Assembly: GCA_027492035.1 (NCBI GenBank)
Contig: JAOZFT010000004.1
Span: 317,249 to 349,248 of the forward strand
Length of the DNA: 32,000 bases
Source: Thermoproteota archaeon
Lineage (GTDB): Archaea; Korarchaeota; JAOZGF01; JAOZFZ01
Direction: 5' to 3'
The notes beneath the pieces are model-generated. The model was not told the DNA's origin. It did not search any database and worked only from the letters and a program-made list of their open reading frames with translations. A program made the position numbers and the translations under genes. Positions 20,441 to 29,368 of the stretch are shown one piece after another; position 1 is the stretch's first letter, and each line of letters starts with the position of its first letter.

Positions 20441-21451
20441 TTACTTATACTGCAAAGGGTGTTTTACGTTCTTGCAGGATTCATCTTTTCTACAGATTCC
20501 GTAAGCCTTTAGTGTTTCACAGCTCGGAGGTGAATACTTCGTTTTTGACCCCTTTAATCCACTCAAATGTTCAACTTGGTACCTAGTTTTTTCTTCGCTG
20601 AAGTCTGGTAATTCAGAGAAAACTTTAACTGTTTCCTCTATGTCGTATCCTCTGTTCAAGAGGAAAGTAGCTATGACAAGCCTTTCTACATGGGACAGAT
20701 CAAACCCTTTCTTTGCTTTTTCTAGCAACTCCTGTATACAAGGCGGTAGAGACTTATCTCTCTTAATGAAATGCTTCGCTCCTTTCAAAAACTTTTCACG
20801 AGCGATTTTTTCTTTCAGTTCCGAGACCAGGGTTTCAAGTTCCTTTGGAACTTCAACGTTTCTCTCCCCTTCAATTATTTTAACTTTGTAGGCTTCACTT
20901 ATCAACCTTATAAGCTCCCTTTTATTTAATTCAACAAACCCTTTCATTAAGTTCCTGTTAATAAGTTTCCAAGAGGTATCCCTGAATTTTTTGCTATATG
21001 CCAAATATTTTTCCATTGGCACATAATACTTCTTGGCAATGAATTTTTCTCCCCAATTTGTTTCTTGATCCCTTAAAACAGGTAAATTAAAAGTTTCGTT
21101 CGCCATTTTAAGAACTATTTCCTCTCTTTCATTCATCAATTTCAAAAAAAGCCTTTTCGATTCCGCCACAGCAAACTTTAGAAGGAGGTTTTCGTCATTA
21201 ACTTTGTAAATCACAGCTAAAACTAAGGGATAACTCAAAAAATCAAGGTAATTCTTTTCTTCTTCCCGGAAGTAAGCTCTTCCTCCATGAAGTACACTAA
21301 ATATTTTCTCCCTTACCTTCCCAATTATTTCGGGGTAGTTAAGCAAAACTTCTTTTAAGGTTTTATTTTCATTTCTTAAAATTGCTTTTGCTTCTTTTGT
21401 GAAGGGATATTTCAACAAAAGCTCTGAAGTAACCTCCAATTTTGAAGTCAC
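20441..21451 (-). CDS. priL: DNA primase large subunit PriL
   Basis: 336 aa and helical. C-terminal domain has Fe-S-type cysteines (LPPCI..., PPSCETLKAYGICRKDESC). Adjacent to PriS. Confidence 0.8.
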   Translation of the reverse strand: MTSKLEVTSELLLKYPFTKEAKAILRNENKTLKEVLLNYPEIIGKVREKIFSVLHGGRAYFREEEKNYLDFLSYPLVLAVIYKVNDENLLLKFAVAESKRLFLKLMNEREEIVLKMANETFNLPVLRDQETNWGEKFIAKKYYVPMEKYLAYSKKFRDTSWKLINRNLMKGFVELNKRELIRLISEAYKVKIIEGERNVEVPKELETLVSELKEKIAREKFLKGAKHFIKRDKSLPPCIQELLEKAKKGFDLSHVERLVIATFLLNRGYDIEETVKVFSELPDFSEEKTRYQVEHLSGLKGSKTKYSPPSCETLKAYGICRKDESCKNVKHPLQYK

Positions 21452-21465
21452 TTTTCCTGTTTCCT

Positions 21466-22215
21466 TTACCCAATAAACGGGGCTAGATAGTATGTTAATT
21501 TTCCTCCTCCAGGGATTGTGAAATCAAGTTTTAAAGGCACATTGTTTCCAAGGTACATGTCTACAGTATCTGAAATTTTTGATGTTTTAGCTGCTATATC
21601 CTTCAATTTATCAAGTTTGTATTTAGAAGAAGCTTCGTTTTGGACATCAATATCTAGCAGCCCCCCTTGTTCGCTATCAATTTTAGTTATTACTTCACCT
21701 GATTCACTTGCCCCCTTGGCTATAACCGTATTATCTTTTAAAGTAAAAATTATCTCTGAAGAAACTATTTCTGCATCCAGAATCGTGTTGAGAAAAACTT
21801 TTGACAAAATTTTTGCTTTAGCTTCATATGGTGCAGTCGGGATTTTTTCAAAGTAGAATTCTTCCTCTAAAGGCCTAAACCTAAAAATTCTTTCTGAAAC
21901 ACCTTGGATAATAACTTCAACCATAGATAACTCTGTGTTATATCTGAGCGTTACGGTATCGCTTGAACTTGTCCTTTTTAACCTTGTCCGTAACTCATTT
22001 AAATCTACTGTTACAAGGTACTCCTTTTCACATTCAAATTTAGCGAAGAAGTCTCTCGGAAGCATCAAATCAACAAGAGCAACTTTAGCTAAATCTACAG
22101 CTCTTGTTGAAATTCCTTCTTGGTTAACCTTCAGACTAACTTCTTCCACAACAGCTTCTATACTTTCCAAAATACCTTTGAAAAGACCTATATCCTCTAT
22201 CATAAAACTAAACAT
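21466..22215 (-). CDS. pcn: DNA polymerase sliding clamp PCNA
   Basis: 249 aa. N-terminus FKGILESIEAVVEEVSLKVNQEGISTRAVDLAKVALVDLMLPRDFF and overall length are typical of archaeal PCNA. Confidence 0.88.
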   Translation of the reverse strand: MFSFMIEDIGLFKGILESIEAVVEEVSLKVNQEGISTRAVDLAKVALVDLMLPRDFFAKFECEKEYLVTVDLNELRTRLKRTSSSDTVTLRYNTELSMVEVIIQGVSERIFRFRPLEEEFYFEKIPTAPYEAKAKILSKVFLNTILDAEIVSSEIIFTLKDNTVIAKGASESGEVITKIDSEQGGLLDIDVQNEASSKYKLDKLKDIAAKTSKISDTVDMYLGNNVPLKLDFTIPGGGKLTYYLAPFIG

Positions 22216-22567
22216 TTACTTCTCTCTCCATTCTTCTCCAAAAAGTTTTTTCATACTTTAAAACAGTTTCATATATTTCTAACATGAAACCATTTAAATT
22301 TTTCACCAATTCAGCCTCTATTTCAAACTTTTCTTCCCCCACTTTTTTCAAAAACCCTATAACTAAAACCACTCTCCCCTCCCCTATTTCACCACCCTCT
22401 TTTCTTTCCCTCTCTTTACACTCAACTTTGACACAAGCTCCGTTGCTGTAAACAAGTAAATAGCCATGTTCCACTTCCTTAATTCTCCCGATCAACAAAA
22501 TCCTCTCCTTTTTCTTGACCTCTTCCCGGTTTAAAATAAACTCTGTTGCTCCTTTTGGAAAGCACAT
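22208..22567 (-). CDS. Small OB-fold-like protein (RPA3/RPA14-like pattern), hypothetical
   Basis: 119 aa, overlapping the PCNA start by 8 nt. ILLIGRIKEVEHGYLLVYSNGACVKVEC...GRVVLVIGFLKKVG...EIEAELVKNLNGFMLEIYETVLKY parallels the RPA14 layout (v.fvGrl..i...g..f.l.d..g..v.l......i.g.vevvGrv........fdl.lYneav). Confidence 0.45.
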   Translation of the reverse strand: MCFPKGATEFILNREEVKKKERILLIGRIKEVEHGYLLVYSNGACVKVECKERERKEGGEIGEGRVVLVIGFLKKVGEEKFEIEAELVKNLNGFMLEIYETVLKYEKTFWRRMEREVNV

Positions 22568-22788
22568 TTGCTAAACCCTTCAAACAAATTCTAAACTAAG
22601 GTATTTTTATTTCTATTTTTGAAAATCAGAGGTTTAACCTCCTGATTTTACAGAATGAAAAGTAAAGGAAAAATTCAAGGAGGTAATTGGAAAAGTAAAT
22701 TTTTTAAATAAATATCTTCAAAGGTAAGAAGTAGAGTTAAAGGGAAATTAAAAAAATTCTGTGGAGAAACAGAAAAACGTTGTAAAAT

Positions 22789-22921
22789 GGTGGGGTTAAC
22801 GGCCATAGAAGCTAAGGAAACACCTGATCCCATTCCGAACTCAGAAGTTAAGCTTAGCTTCGTTTACTTCGGTACTGCGCTCCGAGAGGGCGTGGGAAAA
22901 AGTAAAGCTGTTAACCCCACC
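22789..22921 (+). rRNA. 5S ribosomal RNA (unlinked to the 16S-23S operon)
   Basis: 12-bp terminal helix GGTGGGGTTAAC/GTTAACCCCACC. Conserved ACACCTGATCCCATTCCGAACTCAGAAGTTAAGC and GTACTGCGCTCCGAGAGGGCGTGGGAA. Confidence 0.9.
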
Positions 22922-22962
22922 TTTTCCCCTCCTGCTTCCTTCCAAGAAAGGCTGGTGGCTCA

Positions 22963-24060
22963 ATGTTTCAATTAAATATGGATCAAAACTTCATTTATAC
23001 AATGATATTCATAATTTTCATGATAATCATGACATTTTATGGCCAGAAAATTCAGTTACTTATCTGGATAGGTGAGATAGAGAAACAGCTTAGGAAACTT
23101 CAGAAACTATCTGAAGAAAGCAAGGAAAAACTTGCTGAGGCGCTTTCTAAATACGGAAGAACAAAAAAGGATTTACTGAAAGACATAGAAAAGTTCACAA
23201 AATTTTTCATAATCTCCCCCGTGGACTTAGACCCTGCAGGGGTGCTTAAAAGACTTGAACATTTACTGGATGTAAGTAAAACTAAAATGGAGGAATATGT
23301 CCATATATTAGCCCCGAAAGCAGATGAAGTCCACAGTGACAATTATGAGAACATGTTCGAAGCATGTGCTGCATTGGATTACATCTACAGAATTGTTAGG
23401 CATTACCTAATTCTTGGCAAAAAAACCCAAAGCACAATAGTTATAATGCAAATCCATATGCAACTTCCACAAATAATGGAAATAGCTAACTCCTACTTTA
23501 AAGCTTTAGATTCATTCTCTAAAGGGTTGCCTATAGGGGATGGGATAGGTCCCTTAGTGGCTTTCCACTTGGCACGTGGATACCCCTACAGAGAAATAGT
23601 TGAGGATACAGTAGTTTATGACGCTGCATTTAAGGATAGAAAGCTGTTTGTAATTAAGGCTAAAGGTCCAGGGGGGAATGTTGGTAAGCCTGGAGAAGCA
23701 GTGAAAAAATTAATTAATGAATTTAAGAAAAAGATAAGTAGAGTTGTTATAATTGATGCTGCAGCTAAACTGGAAGGCGAAACAACAGGAGAAATAGCTG
23801 AAGGGGTAGGAGCAGCTATAGGGGACCCAGGCCCTGAAAAATACAAAATAGAGGAATCAATTCGTAAATACAATATACCAATCGACGCTTTAATAATTAA
23901 ACAGTCTCTCCCTGACGCCATCACAACCATGAAGAAAGAAATAGCTGAAACAGCTAAAAAGGTCGTTGACAAAGTGAAAGACATAATTCTCTCCAGAACA
24001 AAGGAAGGAAATATAGTACTTGTGATAGGGGTAGGTAACACAATCGGAATTGGGCAATGA
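22963..24060 (+). CDS. Conserved archaeal membrane-anchored protein, DUF1512-like
   Basis: 365 aa. One N-terminal TM helix (FIYTMIFIIFMIIMTFYG), a coiled region, ISPVDLDPAGV, and a C-terminal alpha/beta region (PIGDGIGPLVA...KGPGGNVGKPGEA...IIDAAAKLEGETTGEIAEGVGAAIGDPGPEKY). The family name is from memory. Confidence 0.5.
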   Translation: MFQLNMDQNFIYTMIFIIFMIIMTFYGQKIQLLIWIGEIEKQLRKLQKLSEESKEKLAEALSKYGRTKKDLLKDIEKFTKFFIISPVDLDPAGVLKRLEHLLDVSKTKMEEYVHILAPKADEVHSDNYENMFEACAALDYIYRIVRHYLILGKKTQSTIVIMQIHMQLPQIMEIANSYFKALDSFSKGLPIGDGIGPLVAFHLARGYPYREIVEDTVVYDAAFKDRKLFVIKAKGPGGNVGKPGEAVKKLINEFKKKISRVVIIDAAAKLEGETTGEIAEGVGAAIGDPGPEKYKIEESIRKYNIPIDALIIKQSLPDAITTMKKEIAETAKKVVDKVKDIILSRTKEGNIVLVIGVGNTIGIGQ

Positions 24061-24082
24061 ACCCTTTTTAAAGCGCAAATAG

Positions 24083-24463
24083 GTGGTTGAAATTTCTAAA
24101 CAAAAACAAAAAATTATGAATTCATTGTTTATAATGTTAATTCTAATCTTTATTTTACTTCTCCTCATTCCCTTCCCTAAATTAGGGAATTTAGAGACCG
24201 GTCAGTTACAGTCCTTCCTTCTCCTATCAATTATGCTTCTTTTTTCATTTCTCTTTGTTTACCAAACCATGAATCCATTCAGGAGGAATAAAGAGAAAGA
24301 AAAAACAGTTTCCACCTTAAAATGCGTAAATTGCAAATACACTGAACAAACAGAGTTTGTTGAGGGGCAATACATAGGTGAAATCGTTAAAAAGTGCCCT
24401 AAATGCGGAGGCGACGTCATGGTTCAACTGATTTATGTCGAAACAGGAGAGAAAAAAAGGTAA
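24083..24463 (+). CDS. Membrane protein with a C-terminal zinc ribbon, hypothetical
   Basis: Two TM helices followed by CVNCKY...(18 aa)...CPKCGG. Start is either the GTG at 24083 or the ATG at 24116. Lies 22 nt downstream of the DUF1512-like gene. Confidence 0.5.
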   Translation: MVEISKQKQKIMNSLFIMLILIFILLLLIPFPKLGNLETGQLQSFLLLSIMLLFSFLFVYQTMNPFRRNKEKEKTVSTLKCVNCKYTEQTEFVEGQYIGEIVKKCPKCGGDVMVQLIYVETGEKKR

Positions 24464-24473
24464 CATAATTTCT

Positions 24474-25364
24474 TTAAATAAATCTTACACAGCCTTGTTT
24501 AGTAACCATTATTGTTGTTTCCCTTTGAGCCACCACCCCCTTCCCGGCTTCAACTAACACACCATATCTCTCAACAGCCCCCCTTTTAACAAGGTCCTTC
24601 AACACTAAATCAAGGAGCTGAGGCTCAAACTCTTTCTCTAACCAACGGAGAGCAAAAGGTAAAAAATTGTAACTTGAACGTATATAGTTCAAAACTTTTT
24701 CCTCCAATTTACTCCTTGGTTCCATCTTCTTCACCAATCTAAAAATTAAATATTTACGAGTTTCTTTCACATATCCTTTACCCACAGTGGCGAAGGGCTC
24801 AATCGCATAAACCTCGTTTTCCTTTAATCGGTGAGAAAAAAAGGTTTTAACATTAGGTATACTTTTTCCGCCATGAAGAGAGTATCTTTTCAGTAAATGG
24901 CCGCTCAAGTTCTGAACAGGCTTAAACCCTTTACTCTTAATTGTTTCTTCAATCACCTCCCCAATTTTTCCACTCCGAACTTTAGCCTTAACCGTATCAA
25001 CAGCTTTTTCAAGAGCTAAAGATGCAGCTTCGACAAGTTCCTTTAAATTGGAGTTAAAATTAAAGGTCCATGCTGAATCAATTATGTATCCATTAACGTG
25101 GGCTCCAATGTCTACTTTCACCACATCCCTTGGTTTAATAACGGTTTCGTCATTTAGTGAGGGGGAATAATGGGCAGCGACTTCGTTTATTGAAATATTT
25201 ACTGGAAAAGCAGGTTTCCCCCCTTCCTCAATGATCTTCTGTTCAATTCTTTCTGCAATGTCCAAAATCCTTGTGTTAGGCTTAATGTTTCTTTTTTCTT
25301 CTTCCAGAGAAACCTTAATTATCCTCGCAGCTTCTTTGTAATACCTTATCTTTTCAAGCATCAC
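24474..25364 (-). CDS. map: Methionine aminopeptidase, type 2 (archaeal)
   Basis: 296 aa. Pita-bread fold with metal-ligand contexts (VVKVDIGAHVNGYIIDSAWT, LSGHLL, YAIEPFAT, ETTIMVT) and the type-2 helical insert. Confidence 0.88.
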   Translation of the reverse strand: MMLEKIRYYKEAARIIKVSLEEEKRNIKPNTRILDIAERIEQKIIEEGGKPAFPVNISINEVAAHYSPSLNDETVIKPRDVVKVDIGAHVNGYIIDSAWTFNFNSNLKELVEAASLALEKAVDTVKAKVRSGKIGEVIEETIKSKGFKPVQNLSGHLLKRYSLHGGKSIPNVKTFFSHRLKENEVYAIEPFATVGKGYVKETRKYLIFRLVKKMEPRSKLEEKVLNYIRSSYNFLPFALRWLEKEFEPQLLDLVLKDLVKRGAVERYGVLVEAGKGVVAQRETTIMVTKQGCVRFI

Positions 25365-25466
25365 TTCCTCACCGGCTCCAAGGAATACTAAAAAAAGTTT
25401 TTTAAGGAGGAGAAACTAAAAATTTATTAAATAGAATTCATTTTCTCCCTAATAAAAGGAGTTTTT

Positions 25467-25526
25467 AAAAAGTTTGGAATCATGTAAAAACGTTTGGAAA
25501 TTCTTTAAAATGTTTTGGAAGGAGCA
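25467..25526 (+). repeat. Three phased ~20-bp direct repeats AAAANGTTT(T)GGAA
   Basis: GTTTGGAA at 25472-25479 and 25492-25499, GTTTTGGAA at 25512-25520, each preceded by an A-run with a spacing of exactly 20 bp. An inverted TTCCAAC lies at 25551-25557. Located in the divergent map / Toprim-dnaG intergenic region. Confidence 0.6.
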
Positions 25527-25602
25527 GAAATTTCTCTCCTTTACTAACTTTTCCAACTTTCCGTTTAAGTTGTTTTTACAGTGAACAGGATAGTGGCGTG
25601 CG

Positions 25603-26094
25603 TTGAAAAAAACTAAAAACGAAGAAATTGAGGAGTTGCTTGAGTTCCTTCAGGAACTAAGGGAAGAAATAGTTGGGAAACAAGTTGTAATGGTAGTGGA
25701 AGGTAAAAAGGATAAGTTGTCTTTTGAAGAGATAGGGTTTAAAGGAACCTATCTATTAACAAACGGCTCCTTCCACCGAACCAATTACCTCATGGAAAAG
25801 TACATAGAGAAGGGGTTCTCTTTCCTCATCCTTTCAGACTTTGATGAAGAGGGGGAGAAAATAAAAGAGGAAGTGATCAATTACATTGATTCCAGAGCTG
25901 AAGTAAGATTAGACCTGAGAAGAAAACTTAAGAAAGTAATTTTAAACGCAAAGGCTCCCTGTACAATAGAGTCCCTCTCCAACTGGTTAATTAAAAGAAG
26001 GGTTGGTGGAAGAAGCGAAGGAGGTAAAGGAACAAATAAAGGTGATGTTTATGAACGAGTCATTTTCTACGGTGAAGTATGTAGCCAAATTTAA
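25603..26094 (+). CDS. Small stand-alone Toprim-domain protein (RNase M5 / small primase-like)
   Basis: Toprim signature VMVVEGKKD ... LILSDFDEEGEKI. TTG is the first start-like codon after the in-frame stop at 25591-25593. The 3' end overlaps dnaG by about 44 nt. Confidence 0.6.
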   Translation: MKKTKNEEIEELLEFLQELREEIVGKQVVMVVEGKKDKLSFEEIGFKGTYLLTNGSFHRTNYLMEKYIEKGFSFLILSDFDEEGEKIKEEVINYIDSRAEVRLDLRRKLKKVILNAKAPCTIESLSNWLIKRRVGGRSEGGKGTNKGDVYERVIFYGEVCSQI

Positions 26095-27241
26095 CCTTAA
26101 CGTTAACGGTGTAGTTGAAAAACCAGACGTTGTAGGAGCTATTTTTGGACAGCTTGAAGGGTTCCTAGGTAGGGAATTAGACTTAAGAGAGCTTCAAAGA
26201 ACAGGAAGAATAGGCAGAATCGATGTTTTCCTACAGTCGAAAGGAGGAAAAACGAAAGGAACAATAGTTATACCCTCAAGTCTGGGAAAAACAGAAACAG
26301 CTATAATTGCAGCTGCAGTTGAAATGGTGGACAAAATAGGTCCATGTCTGGCTCAAATAAAACTTGAAGAAATAGTGGATGTGAGGCAAGAAAAGAAGAA
26401 CCTAATCAAAAAAAGAGCAATAGAAATTCTTGAACAATGGGAGAAAAAGGAAAAGGTGAAAATTGAAAATTTACTTCAAGAAATAGAGGACTCAATAAGG
26501 ACACGTGAAATAATTTCTTATGGACCTGAAAAACTCCCTGCAGGACCAGACATAGAAAACTCGAACGAAATAATAGTGGTTGAAGGAAGAGCAGACGTAA
26601 TAAACCTTCTTAAACACGGGATAAGGAACACTGTAGCAGTGGAAGGAACAAGTATACCGAAAACGGTTCAAGAAATCACTAAGAGGAAGAGAACAACTGC
26701 TTTTCTCGATGGAGATAGAGGAGGAGAACTTATACTGAAAGAACTTCTTCAAGTGGCAAGTGTAGACTACGTAGCTTTCGCTCCTCCAGGAAAAATGGTT
26801 GAAGAATTATCAGAGAAAGAAATAATTTCATGTTTGAAAAACAGGATCCCAATTGACCAGTACCTAAAACAAAAGGGGAAGACTCAGCTTAAAGCCTTAA
26901 CAGAGAAACGTTTTAAAGGAGGCAAACCTACACATTTAAATAAATTAATAGAGAAGACAGTGGGAACCTTTAAACTCTTCTGTTTAAATAAAAACTTCCA
27001 CATTTTAAAAGAAATCCCTATAGAACCTGATGAAATAGAGAAAGCTGTAAATGAAACAAAACCAGCAGCAATATTTATCGACGGAATAATTACCCAAAGA
27101 TTAGTTAATTTAGCGGCGCAAAACAGTGTAAAACTTGTTGCAGGGGTCAAGAAAGGGGACTTAACAAAAATCCCCTACCCCCTAAAAATATACACCTTTG
27201 ATGAAATAGTGTCAAGAAATTTAGACCTAAAACTTGAGTGA
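26051..27241 (+). CDS. dnaG: Archaeal DnaG-type primase / exosome-associated Toprim protein
   Basis: The N-terminus KYVAKFNLNVNGVVEKPDVVGAIFGQLEGFLGRELDLRELQRTGRIGRI is the hallmark archaeal DnaG N-domain. Toprim motifs IIVVEGRADV and FLDGDRGGELI. The ATG at 26051 sits 7 nt after AAGGTG. ATG 26045 is an alternative start. Confidence 0.9.
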   Translation: MNESFSTVKYVAKFNLNVNGVVEKPDVVGAIFGQLEGFLGRELDLRELQRTGRIGRIDVFLQSKGGKTKGTIVIPSSLGKTETAIIAAAVEMVDKIGPCLAQIKLEEIVDVRQEKKNLIKKRAIEILEQWEKKEKVKIENLLQEIEDSIRTREIISYGPEKLPAGPDIENSNEIIVVEGRADVINLLKHGIRNTVAVEGTSIPKTVQEITKRKRTTAFLDGDRGGELILKELLQVASVDYVAFAPPGKMVEELSEKEIISCLKNRIPIDQYLKQKGKTQLKALTEKRFKGGKPTHLNKLIEKTVGTFKLFCLNKNFHILKEIPIEPDEIEKAVNETKPAAIFIDGIITQRLVNLAAQNSVKLVAGVKKGDLTKIPYPLKIYTFDEIVSRNLDLKLE

Positions 27242-27265
27242 CAACCAAAAAAATGAAGTAAGCCA

Positions 27266-28348
27266 GTGTCCCACTTGAAAATAATCAGCTTCGACGAAAA
27301 AGGGGGAGAAGTCACACTTAAACCTGAAACTTTAGAAGATTTTTTTCACTTGTATTTCATAATAGAGAAAGAGGACTTAGTAAGAGCTGAAACAAAAAGG
27401 AAAATTTCCCTAAACAAGGAAATTCAAAGGAAACCACAAACAAAAATAGTATCCACAACTTTGTCGGTGAAAGTAGAAACAGTGGAATACCACGAATACA
27501 TGAAAAGTTTAAGAATTAAAGGAAGGGTTGTTGAGGACCCGCAAAACCTGGGAATCAAGGGAGCCTACCACACTTTAAACCTTAAACTACATAAACCCTT
27601 AACGCTGAAAAAGAAGAAATGGTTCAATTACCAAATTGAAAGACTTAGGAAAGCTGAAAAAGAAACATTGGAGCAACCAATAATTATTTCAGTTGCTGAC
27701 ATGGACCAGTGCAACATAGGAATCCTAACAGGGAAAGGAATAAACCGGGTTTCAACAATTTATTCCCATCTTTCTCACAACAAAATGAACAAAGAAAGAG
27801 TAAGTGAAAAAAGGAAATACTTTTCAGAAATAAAGAAGGAAATAATGAAATTAATAAGTTCACATGACACTGAAAAAGTAGTAGTAGCTGGCCCCGGATT
27901 CGTTAAAGAGGAGTTAGCCTTCTACCTCAAAAAAGAAATCAAGGAAGTAAAGGTTTGGGTTTACTCAACAACCTCAGCAACCACTGCAGCCTTCCAAGAA
28001 ATCCTTAAATCAAACTATTTACAAAAAATATTTAAAGAAATGAAAGTTTTTGAAGAAAACAAAGAAGTTCAGGAATTCCTGAAAGAACTGGTTAAAAGGG
28101 AAAAGAAAGTAACTTACGGGTTAAAACAAGTTAAAGAGGCAGCAAACCTGGGGGCAGTCAAGAAAATCCTTGTTTCAGAAACAATGTTTAGGAAGGGGGG
28201 GTTTGACTTCAGAGAAGAAATCGAAACATTAATTGAAAAAGTTGAGAAGAAAGGAGGTAAAGTTGTGATTATTAGTGAGGGACATGAAGCCTCAAACTAC
28301 CTTAAAAGCCTGGGAGGAATAGCTGCTTTTCTCAGGTTTCCCGTCTAA
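27266..28348 (+). CDS. pelA: Pelota (Dom34 homologue), mRNA surveillance / ribosome rescue
   Basis: KIISFDEKGGEVTLKPETLEDFFHLYFIIEKEDLV matches the Pelota N-terminus. The central domain contains VAGPGF. The C-terminal domain is eRF1-like. No ATG is available, so the start is GTG 27266 or more likely TTG 27275 (giving M-KIISFD). Confidence 0.88.
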   Translation: MSHLKIISFDEKGGEVTLKPETLEDFFHLYFIIEKEDLVRAETKRKISLNKEIQRKPQTKIVSTTLSVKVETVEYHEYMKSLRIKGRVVEDPQNLGIKGAYHTLNLKLHKPLTLKKKKWFNYQIERLRKAEKETLEQPIIISVADMDQCNIGILTGKGINRVSTIYSHLSHNKMNKERVSEKRKYFSEIKKEIMKLISSHDTEKVVVAGPGFVKEELAFYLKKEIKEVKVWVYSTTSATTAAFQEILKSNYLQKIFKEMKVFEENKEVQEFLKELVKREKKVTYGLKQVKEAANLGAVKKILVSETMFRKGGFDFREEIETLIEKVEKKGGKVVIISEGHEASNYLKSLGGIAAFLRFPV

Positions 28349-28354
28349 AATTCC

Positions 28355-29368
28355 CTAGAGAGGCTCAGCTAAGTAAATTCCATCCTTATTAGTTAAAACC
28401 CTAACCCTTATTTTCTCCCCTACCTCTGCTTCACAATTAACCACACTTACAACCCTACCTTTCCCGACAGCTATTACTTCCCCTCTAACCCAGCCAGGCC
28501 CTACAACTTCCACACTAACTTTTTCAAACCTTTTGAAAACAATAGGGACCCTCCATTTAGTTTTATGTATCCCAAAATCCTCTCTTCTCAAAACAAGTTT
28601 AGCCCCATATTTTTTTTCAAGAGTTCTTAAAACACGATAAAACTTAAACCAGCTCCAGGGTTTAACACCTTTAACTTTCCTCCCTAACTTATAAACCTCA
28701 TACTTCTGAATACCTAACCCTGGCCACTTCTTTCCAGCCCCAACCTTTAAAGCATACTCTATTACCCTTTCTATTTCTGGATCATTTAATCCAGGAACCC
28801 AAACTGGTGCAATCAATAAATCAATTCCACTTTTAACTACTTCTTCAGCTAAATCAAGAACTTTTCTTAAGTTGTAAACCTTGCTCCCCACCATCTTCTT
28901 GGCTAAATCCTCATTTAAGGAATCAATTGAAAGGTTCAGCCTGGACAAGCCACTTTTATCTAGTTCCTCTACCTCGTCAACTTTAATTAATGTTCCACGG
29001 GTCTGGGCTGAAATAACCTTTACACCATCTATTCTGCTTATGTCCTTGATAAGTTTCTTTATTTCAGAGTAAAGAAATGGTTCTCCTGCACCGTCAATAT
29101 GAACCTCTACATCCTCAACTCCTTTACACTTAACTACTTCCTCCACACCCTGAACCAAATACTCCCTATCAACCTCATAAATAGTTTGTCTAGTTTTTGA
29201 GAAGGGGCCTTCATCCACTGAACAAAATACACAGTTAAAAACACATCCAGATCTAGGCCTCACTTGAATAAGGTTAGTTCCCCTATCTATTACACCAAAA
29301 GCTATTGCCCCATACAGAGGCACTCCATCTTCTTCCCTCACTCTGAAAAAGAACCTTTTCTCCTTCAT
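28355..29368 (-). CDS. Radical SAM protein with a C-terminal OB/TRAM-like domain, function unknown
   Basis: CxxxCxxC cluster motif CVFNCVFCSV and glycine-rich SAM motif DGAGEPFLY. The C-terminal ~70 aa form a beta-rich module (VSVEVVGPGWVRGEVIAVGKGRVVSVVNCEAEVGEKIRVRVLT). Confidence 0.8.
   Translation of the reverse strand: MKEKRFFFRVREEDGVPLYGAIAFGVIDRGTNLIQVRPRSGCVFNCVFCSVDEGPFSKTRQTIYEVDREYLVQGVEEVVKCKGVEDVEVHIDGAGEPFLYSEIKKLIKDISRIDGVKVISAQTRGTLIKVDEVEELDKSGLSRLNLSIDSLNEDLAKKMVGSKVYNLRKVLDLAEEVVKSGIDLLIAPVWVPGLNDPEIERVIEYALKVGAGKKWPGLGIQKYEVYKLGRKVKGVKPWSWFKFYRVLRTLEKKYGAKLVLRREDFGIHKTKWRVPIVFKRFEKVSVEVVGPGWVRGEVIAVGKGRVVSVVNCEAEVGEKIRVRVLTNKDGIYLAEPL

Noticed and set aside
22787-22975. 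62-aa plus-strand ORF
   Set aside because: It coincides with the 5S rRNA gene.
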